Positions 30,802 to 42,105 of a DNA stretch of 50,080 nucleotides are shown here, one piece after another. The stretch spans positions 1-50,080 of the forward strand of contig JAYUQJ010000605.1 in the NCBI GenBank assembly GCA_043756825.1, written 5' to 3'. Each line of letters begins with the position of its first letter. The first letter of the stretch is position 1. Origin of the DNA: Betaproteobacteria bacterium (lineage in GTDB: Bacteria; Pseudomonadota; Gammaproteobacteria; Burkholderiales; Burkholderiaceae_C). Both the position numbers and the translations under genes were made by a program. The notes beneath the pieces are model-generated. The model was not told the DNA's origin. It ran no database searches and worked only from the letters and a program-made list of their open reading frames with translations.

Positions 30802-30835
30802 CGGTCACGCCGCGGTCATGCGTGCTGCCCACACT
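30802..30835 (+). promoter_or_regulatory. Putative Pho box and -10 for phoX
   Basis: CGGTCAC-GCCG-CGGTCAT (11-bp period), 10 nt, CACACT. Confidence 0.55.
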
Positions 30836-30912
30836 TGCCCTTGCAATTGGCTGCTCGCCGCCTTAGGCCGCACCAGCCAGTGCCTGCCCCCAACCCACGA
30901 GGAGTTCCACCC

Positions 30913-33099
30913 ATGAAGGGTCTTCAACATCCGAGCAACGACCTGTCGCTGAACGCGTCGGGCAACCAGTCCATCCACGATGTCATCGCGCGCACCGACA
31001 TGAGCCGCCGCCAGTTCGTACGCGGCGGGGTGGGCGCAGGCGCCCTGGTCGCCGCGGGCGGCCTGACGCTGGGTGGCTTCACGCAGACTGTGCAGGCCGC
31101 GCCGGTGCCCGCCGGCCTGGGCTTTGCCGGCTTCGGCTTCGAGAGCGTGCCCGCCATCCGGGCCCCGGTGGCTGACATGGTGACCGTGCCCACCGGCTAC
31201 ACCGCCAAGCTGCTGGTGGCCTGGGGCGATCCGGTGATGCCTGGCGCGCCGGCCTTCAACCCCGACGCCAGCCAGTCCGCCGCCGATCAGGCCAAGCAGT
31301 TTGGTGCTCACACCGACGGCATGCACCTTTTTCCGTTTGCCGGCACCGGCGGCATCCCGGTCAGTGACCGCGGCTTGCTGGTGACCAACCACGAGTACAC
31401 CCACGAAGAACTGCTGTACCCGGACGGCCAAGTCGGCACCGGCTACACCATTGCCAAAACCCGCAAGTCGCAGGCGGCACACGGCCTGGGCGTTGCCGAA
31501 ATCCGCAGCGTTGGCGGCAAGTGGCAAGTGGTGAAGAACTCACCCTTCGGTCGCCGCATCACGGGCAACGGCTTCTGCCGCATCAGCGGCCCGGCAGCGG
31601 GCCACCCGCTGATGAAGTCGGTGCAGTACGCCATCGCCGATGCTGGCAGCATCCCCACCGGCGCGATGACCGATGGCCGCAGTTGCTACGGCACGCTCAA
31701 CAACTGCGGGCACGGCGTCACGCCCTGGGGCACCTACCTCAGCGGTGAAGAGAACTACAACGGCTACTTTGGTTCCACCAGCGGGCCGGTGCCCAACGCC
31801 GCCAGCGGCGAGGTGGGCAAGCTGTTCAACCGCTACGGCATCAGCGCCGGCGGCTTCGGCTACCGCTGGCACACCACCGACCCGCGCTTCGACGTCAGTG
31901 CCAACCCGAACGAGCCCAACCTGTTCGGCTGGGTGGTCGAACTGGACCCTCAGAACCCGCGGGCGATACCCATCAAGCGCACGGCCATGGGCCGCTTAAA
32001 GCATGAAGGCGCCTGGTCGGCGCTGGACAAGCAGAACAACGTGGCCTTCTACATGGGCGACGACGAGCGCAACGAGTACATCTACAAGTTCGTCTGCAGC
32101 GGCAAGTACAACCCGACCCACCGCGCCGCCAACATGAACCTGCTCGACAGCGGCACCTTGTATGCCGCCAAGTTCCACGCTGACGGCACCGGCATCTGGC
32201 TGCCCCTGCTGCCTGGCACCGTGGGCGTGGATGGCGTGGCGCTGCGTGACAACCCGAACTTTGCCGGCGCCAACGACGCCGAAGTGCTGGCCAAGATCCT
32301 GATCAAGACCCGCATGGCCGGTGATGCTGTGGGCGCGACCATGATGGATCGACCCGAGTGGACCGGCGTGCGGCCGATGGTGGGCGGCTTCGACCAGATC
32401 GAAGCCTATTGCACGCTGACCAACAACAACCGCCGGGGCAGCGCCGCCAACCCGTCGTCCAACCGCGCGGACGGCATGACCACCGCGGGCAGCGCCCGCC
32501 CGGCGCTGGACGCCGCCAACCCCCGCGCCGTGAACGTGCACGGTGGCGTGATCCGTTGGCGCGAGACCGGCAAGACGGTGCTGGCGACCACCTTCAGCTG
32601 GGACCTCTTCATCCAGAGCGGCGACGTGGCCACGGCCAAACCAGCCCTGCCATCGAACGACTACAAGGGCCACATCGTCGACGATCCCAACGGCAGTGCC
32701 GACTATGGTGCGCCCGACGGCATCTGGTTCGACACGCTGGGCCGCCTGTGGGTGCAGACCGACCAGCAAGGCGACGGGCTGGGTGCGGACTGGGTCAACA
32801 TCGGTGCCAACTGCATGGTGTGCGTCGATCCCAACACCGGCATGACGCGGCGCTTCATGACCTCGCCGCCGAATTGCGAAGTGACCGGTGTGGTGACCAC
32901 GCCCGACAACAAGACCCTGTTCATCGGCATCCAGCACCCGGGTGAAGAGGCCACAGCCGCCAACCCCACCCAGTTCTCCAACTGGCCCGCCAGCCAGTGG
33001 TCGCATGCCGCAGACGGTGTCACGCCCCTGCCCGGCGGCCGCCCGCGTTCAGCCGTGGTGGTGATCACCAAGAACGACGGCGGCGTCATCGGCAGCTGA
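30913..33099 (+). CDS. phoX: PhoX family alkaline phosphatase, Tat-exported
   Basis: SRRQFV Tat motif; NHEY, GTLNNC...TPWGTYL..EEN, FGWVVE, KHE, MDRPE, CEVTG, IQHPGE. Confidence 0.93.
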   Translation: MKGLQHPSNDLSLNASGNQSIHDVIARTDMSRRQFVRGGVGAGALVAAGGLTLGGFTQTVQAAPVPAGLGFAGFGFESVPAIRAPVADMVTVPTGYTAKLLVAWGDPVMPGAPAFNPDASQSAADQAKQFGAHTDGMHLFPFAGTGGIPVSDRGLLVTNHEYTHEELLYPDGQVGTGYTIAKTRKSQAAHGLGVAEIRSVGGKWQVVKNSPFGRRITGNGFCRISGPAAGHPLMKSVQYAIADAGSIPTGAMTDGRSCYGTLNNCGHGVTPWGTYLSGEENYNGYFGSTSGPVPNAASGEVGKLFNRYGISAGGFGYRWHTTDPRFDVSANPNEPNLFGWVVELDPQNPRAIPIKRTAMGRLKHEGAWSALDKQNNVAFYMGDDERNEYIYKFVCSGKYNPTHRAANMNLLDSGTLYAAKFHADGTGIWLPLLPGTVGVDGVALRDNPNFAGANDAEVLAKILIKTRMAGDAVGATMMDRPEWTGVRPMVGGFDQIEAYCTLTNNNRRGSAANPSSNRADGMTTAGSARPALDAANPRAVNVHGGVIRWRETGKTVLATTFSWDLFIQSGDVATAKPALPSNDYKGHIVDDPNGSADYGAPDGIWFDTLGRLWVQTDQQGDGLGADWVNIGANCMVCVDPNTGMTRRFMTSPPNCEVTGVVTTPDNKTLFIGIQHPGEEATAANPTQFSNWPASQWSHAADGVTPLPGGRPRSAVVVITKNDGGVIGS

Positions 33100-33134
33100 G
33101 TGCCGACCTTCCACCCCTCACACCTGGATCCCAC

Positions 33135-33788
33135 ATGAAACAACTTCTCATGGCCTCTGCCCTGGCCGCGGCGGCCGCCTTGCCGGCCCACGCCGTACTC
33201 GTCACCAACGCCGGCAGCATCGCCGGCGCCACCGTCGCGGTGGACTTCGAAGACTTCAACGGCCTGTTGACCAGCGGGCCGGTCGTGGTGGCACCCGGCG
33301 TGGTGTTCACCGGTGACAGCGCCGCCGAACTGGGCGCCAACAGCCGCGTGCTGTACGACAACGGCCTCTGGGGCGTGGGCAACCACTTTGCGGCTGGCGG
33401 CGTGGCGGGCGAACTGCGGTTCACCTTCACCGACGGCTTGTCGGCTGGTGCCGGGGCATTCGTCAACCACGCGGCCTTCGATGCACTGGTCAGCCTGTAC
33501 GGCGCCGCCCCGATCAGCGTCGAGGTGTCGGCCTACGGCAGCAACAACCAGATCATCGAGACCTACGCGTACACGGTCGACACCGGCGACGCCAGCTACA
33601 ACGAAGGCCATTTTCTCGGCATCACGCGCGCCCAGGCCGACATCCGGTCGATCAGCTTCAAAGGCGTTGGCGTGGTGGTCGACGATCTGTTGCTGACCAC
33701 CCCTGTGCCAGAAACCGGCACCTTGGCGATGATGCTTGCCGGCCTGGCCGCAGTGGGTTTCATGGGGGCACGCCAGCGCCGGGCTTGA
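33135..33788 (+). CDS. PEP-CTERM surface protein
   Basis: Signal peptide ending AHA; beta-rich body; C-terminus PVPETGTLAMMLAGLAAVGFMGARQRRA; 35 bp after phoX. Confidence 0.88.
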   Translation: MKQLLMASALAAAAALPAHAVLVTNAGSIAGATVAVDFEDFNGLLTSGPVVVAPGVVFTGDSAAELGANSRVLYDNGLWGVGNHFAAGGVAGELRFTFTDGLSAGAGAFVNHAAFDALVSLYGAAPISVEVSAYGSNNQIIETYAYTVDTGDASYNEGHFLGITRAQADIRSISFKGVGVVVDDLLLTTPVPETGTLAMMLAGLAAVGFMGARQRRA

Positions 33789-33817
33789 AAGCGCAGGCGC
33801 CCAACGCTTAACAGCAA

Positions 33818-33851
33818 GAACAAGGCCGGGCCTGTGGGCCCGGCCTTGTTC
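33818..33851 (+). terminator. Hairpin/terminator closing the phoX-PEP-CTERM unit
   Basis: GAACAAGGCCGGGCC-TGTG-GGCCCGGCCTTGTTC, 15-bp stem. Confidence 0.7.
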
Positions 33852-33890
33852 CATGGGCCGTCGCGCCCGCCGTCCACCAGGTTGCCCACC

Positions 33891-34501
33891 GTGCCCGTCC
33901 GCCGGTCCCAGCACCGCCCCCATCGCCGCCCGACGCCGCCGCGTGGCTTCACCCTGCTCGAGTTGCTGGCGGTGATGGTCATCATCGGGCTGCTGGCCGG
34001 CGATGTCGGACCCAAGCTGTTTGCGCTGATCGGCAAGTCCGAGAGCAAGGTGGCCAGGGCCCAGATAGACGCCTTGCAGAAGGCACTGGACCAGTACCGC
34101 ATCGACATCGGCCGATACCCCGCCACCGATTCAGGGCCTCGGCGCGCTGGTACAACGCCCCGCCGATGAACCGCGCTGGAGCGGCCCCTACCTTGCCAAG
34201 GCAGCGCCCGCCGACCCCTGGGGCAGGCCCTAGTGCAGTGTTCGATGCTGTGAGCGACTTAAGAAAACCGATGGATTTGCCGCTGTGGCTAGGCGCGAAT
34301 CCTCGCCATGCCCAATGGCATGGCGAGGATTTGCAACGCCGCCACAGCGGCAAATCCACGGTTTTATGTCGCGAATAGCGTTGAACACTGCACTAGCTGT
34401 GTGCCAGCCCCGGCAGCCACGGCGACTACGATCTGCAGTCGCTGGGCAAGGATGGCCAGCCCGGTGGCGCGGGCGACGACACCGATCAGACCAGTTGGTG
34501 A
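33891..34501 (+). pseudogene. gspG: Type II secretion major pseudopilin pseudogene (frameshift, nonsense codon, MITE insertion)
   Basis: GFTLLELL N-methylation motif; frameshift near 34131 continues QGLGALVQRPADEPRWSGPYL..DPWGRP*; after the MITE resumes PGSHGDYDLQSLGKDGQPGGAGDDTDQTSW*. Confidence 0.9.
34234..34392. mobile_element. MITE type B (about 159 bp) inside gspG
   Basis: CTAG-TGCAGTGTTC...GAACACTGCA-CTAG; internal perfect inverted arms of 18 bp (34272-89/34341-58) and 15 bp (34298-312/34317-331); removal rejoins the gspG sequence. Confidence 0.88.
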
Positions 34502-34523
34502 TCCCCGTTGGTGACGGCGCGCG

Positions 34524-34750
34524 TCAGCGCTGCGGTCGACACTGACGCGCCAGCAGCCCCACCGCCAGCAAGAGCCCGAGCAGCCAACCGGCCTGCATGG
34601 CGCCACCACCAGCGCCACTGTCGACCGGGGCCGGTATGACCGGTATGACCGGTATGACCGGTGTGACCGGTATGACCGGTGTGACCGGTGTGACCGGTGT
34701 GACCGGTGTGACCGGTGTGACCGGTGTGGCCGGTGTGACAGGTCGACCCG
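34524..34750 (-). pseudogene. C-terminal relic of a surface protein: Pro-Val-Thr linker plus GlyGly-CTERM-like anchor
   Basis: (PVT/PVI)n then [31 protein letters not shown]; no credible upstream domain. Confidence 0.55.
34631..34738. repeat. 9-bp tandem repeat, 12 units (CCGGTRTGA)
   Basis: Counted directly; one variant unit CCGGTGTGG. Confidence 0.95.
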
Positions 34751-35131
34751 TCGACGGCGGCGGACCCGGCCCACGACACGGCCGATGCATTCCACTGCTA
34801 CCTGCAGCAACGCGCCAGCTTCCAGGCGCAAGGCGACTGGCTGTCTCGACTGCGGGCCTGGCGCCAACGTTGCGGCGCGCCGCGCGGCGACACGCCGGAA
34901 CCTGCCCGCAGCGTTGCCACGGCCTGGGTAGGCGGCGGCACAGGCCAGGCCAGGCCAGCCGACACCTGCCCCAGCCGACAAAGCGCTAGCGTCACCGGGC
35001 GTCCAGCGGCCACCGGGCGCCGTGGTCTGCCCCCGTCCCTACGGCCGCCCACCGGACATCGCCACGCCCCAGCCGCAGGTGCTTCAGTTAACGTCTCTCT
35101 CCCGCCGCCGCGCACCGCCTGGAGACCCCGC

Positions 35132-35668
35132 ATGACCCGCCTGCCCCAACTCACCGACGAGCAGGTCGGCCCGCCCGAACTGGTGGCCGCGATTCGCCAG
35201 CGGCGTGGCGGCGCGCTGCTCGAACTGGACCGCCTGCTGCTGCACAGCCCGGCCTTCGCCACCGGGTGGGGAGAGTTCATGGGCCGGGTGCGCGGCGCAT
35301 TGGCACTGCCGCCCCTGCTGCGCGAACTGGCCATGTGCGGGGTGGCTGCCCTCACTGGGGCCGCCTACGAGATGCACCACCACGCCCCACTCTACCGGGC
35401 AGCCGGCGGCACAACCGCGCAACTGGCCGCCATCGAGGCCCTGGCCGGCCCGGGCGCACGGGCAGATGACCCGGTGTTCGATCCCACCCAGCAGGCCGTG
35501 CTGGCGCTGGTGGTGGCGATGACCCGCGACGTGCAGGTGCCCGACGCGGTGTTCGACCGTGCCCGCGCTGCCGTTGGCAGCGACGCCGAGATGTTCGAGC
35601 TGGTGGGCGTGATCGCGGCGTACAACATGGTGGCCCGCATCCTGGTGGCATTGCAGCTCACGCCCTGA
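35132..35668 (+). CDS. Carboxymuconolactone decarboxylase/AhpD family protein
   Basis: [23 protein letters not shown]; GGAG RBS. Confidence 0.85.
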   Translation: MTRLPQLTDEQVGPPELVAAIRQRRGGALLELDRLLLHSPAFATGWGEFMGRVRGALALPPLLRELAMCGVAALTGAAYEMHHHAPLYRAAGGTTAQLAAIEALAGPGARADDPVFDPTQQAVLALVVAMTRDVQVPDAVFDRARAAVGSDAEMFELVGVIAAYNMVARILVALQLTP

Positions 35669-35787
35669 GGCCGGCAGGCACGCCACCGCCCGTGGCCACC
35701 CGACGCACACGCAAGCCGAGAACTGGCCGGCCGCTGCACCCCTTTGCCCGCCTGCACCCAGCAGCGCTTGGGCGACAATTCCGGCCG

Positions 35788-36408
35788 ATGGAAACCCCCG
35801 GCAACCTGTTCGTCGTCGCCGCGCCCAGCGGCGCCGGCAAGTCCAGCCTGGTCAAGGCCTTGCTGGAGCTCGATTCACACCTGGCCGTGTCGGTCTCGCA
35901 CACCACCCGGGTGCCGCGAGGCCAGGAGCGCGATGGCCGCGAGTACTGGTTCATCGACCCGGACGAGTTTCGCGCCATGGCCGCGCAGGGTGACTTCTTC
36001 GAGTGGGCCGAGGTGCATGGCAAGTTGTACGGCACCTCACGGTCGGCCGTGGAGCAACGCCTGGCAGCCGGCGACGACGTGGTGCTGGAGATCGACTTCC
36101 AGGGCGCACTGCAGATCAAGCAGTTGTTCAGCCATGCGGTGCTGATCTTCGTCCTGCCGCCGGGCTGGGACGAGTTGCGCCAGCGCCTGACCCGCCGCGG
36201 CGAGGACCACCCCGAGGCGATCGAACAGCGCATGGTCAATGCGCGCAACGAAGTGGCACAGGCCCGGCACTTCGATTTCGTTATAATCAACGGTTTGTTC
36301 GAGACGGCGCTCTTCGACCTGAAGACGATTGTTCACTCCCAGCGCCTGCGCTACGCCGCGCAGCTTCGCAACAAGTCGCAGGTATTTGCGGCGCTGGACC
36401 TGATCTGA
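35788..36408 (+). CDS. gmk: Guanylate kinase
   Basis: [29 protein letters not shown]. Confidence 0.97.
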   Translation: METPGNLFVVAAPSGAGKSSLVKALLELDSHLAVSVSHTTRVPRGQERDGREYWFIDPDEFRAMAAQGDFFEWAEVHGKLYGTSRSAVEQRLAAGDDVVLEIDFQGALQIKQLFSHAVLIFVLPPGWDELRQRLTRRGEDHPEAIEQRMVNARNEVAQARHFDFVIINGLFETALFDLKTIVHSQRLRYAAQLRNKSQVFAALDLI

Positions 36409-36437
36409 CCCCCCCCCCCCCACACACACACACACAC
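36409..36437. repeat. Compound simple sequence repeat C13(AC)8
   Basis: Counted directly; between gmk stop and rpoZ RBS. Confidence 0.9.
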
Positions 36438-36449
36438 GAAGGCAAGCCC

Positions 36450-36653
36450 ATGGCCCGCATCACCGTCGAAGACTGCCTCAAGCACATCCCCAACCGTTTC
36501 CAGCTGGTGCTGGCTGCCACCTACCGCGCGCGGATGCTCAGCCAGGGTCACGCCCCCAAGATCGAGAGCAAGAACAAGCCCGGCGTGACCGCATTGCGCG
36601 AGATCGCCGCCGGCGAAGTCGGCGTGGAAATGCTGCGCCGGGTGCCGATCTGA
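36450..36653 (+). CDS. rpoZ: RNA polymerase omega subunit
   Basis: [26 protein letters not shown]...ALREIA. Confidence 0.97.
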   Translation: MARITVEDCLKHIPNRFQLVLAATYRARMLSQGHAPKIESKNKPGVTALREIAAGEVGVEMLRRVPI

Positions 36654-36690
36654 CTCCGCGGCGCGGCCGCTGAGACCGCTGCCCCTGCCG

Positions 36691-36716
36691 AAAGCGCCCC
36701 CAGCGGGCGCTTTTTT
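36691..36716 (+). terminator. Intrinsic terminator after rpoZ
   Basis: AAAGCGCCC-CCAGC-GGGCGCTTTTTT. Confidence 0.8.
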
Positions 36717-36805
36717 CATGGCCGTCCGGCACGCCGACTGCATCCAATTTGCGCAAGTACGGCCCCTTCCATCGTGCGCTGCAACAAAGCAGGCTAAATT
36801 CGGGC

Positions 36806-39088
<2,283 letters not shown>

Positions 39089-39121
39089 GCGCCGCCCGGG
39101 CGTGGCCCGCTGCCAGGCCAA

Positions 39122-41464
39122 TCAGGTTTCGTCGATGGCCGCGCGGCGCAGCCGCAACGCATTGCCGATCACCGACGCCGAGCTCAAGCTCATCGCCAGC
39201 GCCGCGATCATGGGCGACAGCAGCCAGCCGGTGAACGGGTACAGCAACCCGGCGGCCAACGGAATGCCCAGCGCGTTGTAGACAAAGGCGAAGGCCAGGT
39301 TCTGCTTCATGTTGGCCACGGTCGCCACCGACAGCGCGCGCGCGGTCGCGATGCCGCGCAGGTCGCCTTTGACGAGAGTGATTTGCGCGCTGTTCATCGC
39401 CACGTCAGTGCCGGTGCCCATGGCGATGCCGACATCGGCGCGAGCCAGCGCCGGCGCATCGTTGATGCCATCGCCCGCCATGGCGACGATGCGGCCTTCG
39501 GCTTGCAGCTTCTCGACCAGCTTGAGCTTGTCGGCCGGCGTCACCTCGCCGTGCACTTCATCGATGCCCAGTCGCTGGGCCACAGCGTGTGCCGTGGTCA
39601 GGCCATCGCCGGTGGCCATCACGACACGGATGTTCGCTTGGCGCAGCGCGGCCAGGGCGGCGGGTGTTGTGTCCTTCACCGGGTCGGACACCGCGAGGAT
39701 GCCCGCCAGCTTGTTGTCCACCGCCAGGTGCATCACGCTCGCGCCCGCGGCACGCAGGGCCTGCGCCGGCTCGGCCAGCGCGGCCACATCAACGCCGAGT
39801 TGCGTCATCCATGCCGTGTTGCCCAGCGCGAGGGCCTTGCCTGCAACGGTGCCGCGCACACCAATGCCGGACGCTGAATCGAACTGCTCCGGCTTGTCGA
39901 GCACGAGGTTCTTGGCGCGCGCTGCCGTCACGATGGCCGCAGCCAGGGGATGTTCGCTGCCCTGGTCGAGGCTGGCCGCCAGGCGCAAGACCTCGTCGGC
40001 ATCAAAGCCGGCCACGCCGAGCGAGCGCTCGAACGTCGGCCGGCCTTCGGTCAGCGTACCGGTCTTGTCGACGATCAGCGTGTCCACCTCGCGCAGCTTC
40101 TCGATCGCCGCGGCGTCGCGGAACAGCACGCCGTGCGTTGCACCACGCCCGGTGGCCACCATGATCGACATCGGCGTGGCCAGGCCCAGGGCGCAGGGGC
40201 AGGCAATGATCAGCACCGACACCGCATTGATCAGGCCGTAGACCCAGCTCGAGTCATTGGCAGAAGACGGCCCGAACCAGCCCCAGCCAAAAAAGGTCAG
40301 CAATGCAGCCGCCACGACACCGTAGACGAAATAGCCGGCCACTGCATCGGCCATGCGCTGCATCGGCGCACGCGAGCGCTGCGCCAGCGCCACCATCTGC
40401 ACGATCTGCGCCAGCACCGTGGCCGAGCCGACATGCTCGGCTTGCAGCACCAGCGCGCCGCTGGTGTTCAGCGTCGCGCCGATCAGCTTGTCGCCCACAC
40501 GCTTGGTCACCGGCAGCGGCTCGCCGGTCAACATCGACTCGTCCAGCGCGCTGCTGCCCTCGACCACCACGCCATCGACGGGCACCTTCTCGCCCGGGCG
40601 CACGCGCAGCCTGTCGCCCACGTGCACGTGGGCCAGCGGGATGTCTTCTTCCGACCCGTCGGCCGCGACGCGGCGCGCCGTCTTGGGTGCCAGGCCGAGC
40701 AGCGACTTGATCGCGGCCGATGTTTGCGAACGCGCTTTCAGTTCGAGCAGTTGCCCGAGCAGCGTCAGCGAGATGATCACCGCCGCCGCCTCGAAGTACA
40801 CCGCCACCCGGCCCATTGCGATGAACGAATCCGGGAACACCTGCGGGGCGACGGTGGCGACGACGCTGTAGACGAAGGCCGCCCCGGTGCCCAGGCTGAT
40901 CAGCGTCCACATATTGGGGCTGCGGTTGATAACCGACTGTGCGCCGCGCACGAAGAACGGCCAGCCCGCCCACAACACGATGGGCAGCGACAACACCAGC
41001 TCGAGCCAGCTCTGCACGGCCATGTCCAACCAGCCGAGCCGGTGGCCGAACATGGCCAGCACGGTGACGATGAGGGTTAACGGCAGCGTCCACCAGAAGC
41101 GGCGCTGAAAGTCGACCAGTTCAGGGCTCTCGTCGTCTTCCAGGCTGGGCAACACGGGCTCCAGCGTCATGCCGCACTTGGGGCAATGGCCAGGTTGAGC
41201 CTGGCGAACTTCCGGGTGCATCGGGCAGGTGTAGACCGTGCCGGCTTCGGCAGCGGTGGCGGCCTCGGCCCCTGGCACCGGCGCGGCGGCCAGGGCGGGC
41301 GCCACGTACGTCTGCGGACTCGCCAGGAACTTCGTGCGGCAGCCGGCGCTGCAGAACCAGTAGGGCTGGCCTGTATGCTCGGCCCGGTGCGGCGAGTCCG
41401 GTGTGACCGCCATGGCGCACACCGGATCCTTCAGCGCCTGCGCGGCGGGCTGGGCCTGCGACAT
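39122..41464 (-). CDS. copA: Cu(I)/Ag(I) P1B-type ATPase with YHS and YTCPMHP domains
   Basis: [50 protein letters not shown]. Confidence 0.95.
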   Translation of the reverse strand: MSQAQPAAQALKDPVCAMAVTPDSPHRAEHTGQPYWFCSAGCRTKFLASPQTYVAPALAAAPVPGAEAATAAEAGTVYTCPMHPEVRQAQPGHCPKCGMTLEPVLPSLEDDESPELVDFQRRFWWTLPLTLIVTVLAMFGHRLGWLDMAVQSWLELVLSLPIVLWAGWPFFVRGAQSVINRSPNMWTLISLGTGAAFVYSVVATVAPQVFPDSFIAMGRVAVYFEAAAVIISLTLLGQLLELKARSQTSAAIKSLLGLAPKTARRVAADGSEEDIPLAHVHVGDRLRVRPGEKVPVDGVVVEGSSALDESMLTGEPLPVTKRVGDKLIGATLNTSGALVLQAEHVGSATVLAQIVQMVALAQRSRAPMQRMADAVAGYFVYGVVAAALLTFFGWGWFGPSSANDSSWVYGLINAVSVLIIACPCALGLATPMSIMVATGRGATHGVLFRDAAAIEKLREVDTLIVDKTGTLTEGRPTFERSLGVAGFDADEVLRLAASLDQGSEHPLAAAIVTAARAKNLVLDKPEQFDSASGIGVRGTVAGKALALGNTAWMTQLGVDVAALAEPAQALRAAGASVMHLAVDNKLAGILAVSDPVKDTTPAALAALRQANIRVVMATGDGLTTAHAVAQRLGIDEVHGEVTPADKLKLVEKLQAEGRIVAMAGDGINDAPALARADVGIAMGTGTDVAMNSAQITLVKGDLRGIATARALSVATVANMKQNLAFAFVYNALGIPLAAGLLYPFTGWLLSPMIAALAMSLSSASVIGNALRLRRAAIDET

Positions 41465-41529
41465 GGTGGCTTCATCGCCTTTCATTGCAACGCAGGCGTG
41501 AGCACAGTAGCGGGGCGTGTGGTTCTCAA

Positions 41530-41730
41530 TCACTTGCGTTTGTGCATGACGATCCAGCCCACCAGGCCCACCACCACGAGAACCAGGCCGGGCACCCAGT
41601 AGCCGCCGAAGCCGCCCATCCAGCCGGCGTCGCCCATGCCGCCGTTCATCATCGGCCCGCCCTGCGCCGATGCGGCGCCGCCGATCAGCAGCGGCATGGC
41701 CCCGAATGACAAAGCGATCCAGCGTTTTAT
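41530..41730 (-). CDS. Small Met/Gly-rich membrane protein (start uncertain; ATA behind a GGAG RBS)
   Basis: Signal-like segment, [14 protein letters not shown], one TM helix, KRK tail. Confidence 0.55.
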   Translation of the reverse strand: MKRWIALSFGAMPLLIGGAASAQGGPMMNGGMGDAGWMGGFGGYWVPGLVLVVVGLVGWIVMHKRK

Positions 41731-42105
41731 GACAACTCCGGTTGAAAGCGGCGACCCTTCCAGCCTTGACTCGGTGCATGCGGAACGCTTGCAGGCCATG
41801 CGCATTGCCAGCTGTCGTGCCAGGCGGGAACTCGTGACGCCAAGCCTCGAAGGACTGAAACTACGCCCAGCCAGGGCCAGGGTCTGTGCGCCAGCGCACG
41901 TCGACTTGGTCAGACCGCGGTGACGTTGAACCGGTCGCAGGGTTCGTCCACCTGCCGCGCCTCGAGCTTCTCCACAACGCCGCCGCCAGCACCGCGCTGA
42001 TGGACGCCGACGGCAATGGCTGGCGAGCCGTGGCCGGGCGATCGAAACGAGCGAGAACGCAGCACCAGCTCGAATCGTGAAGGTGCGCAGACTATTCTCC
42101 GGGTC

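Noticed and set aside
34631-34738. Possible CRISPR array
   Set aside because: 9-bp units are contiguous with no spacers, and there are no cas genes
41766-41796. CueR-type promoter (TTGACT with long spacer)
   Set aside because: No convincing dyad or -10, and it faces away from copA
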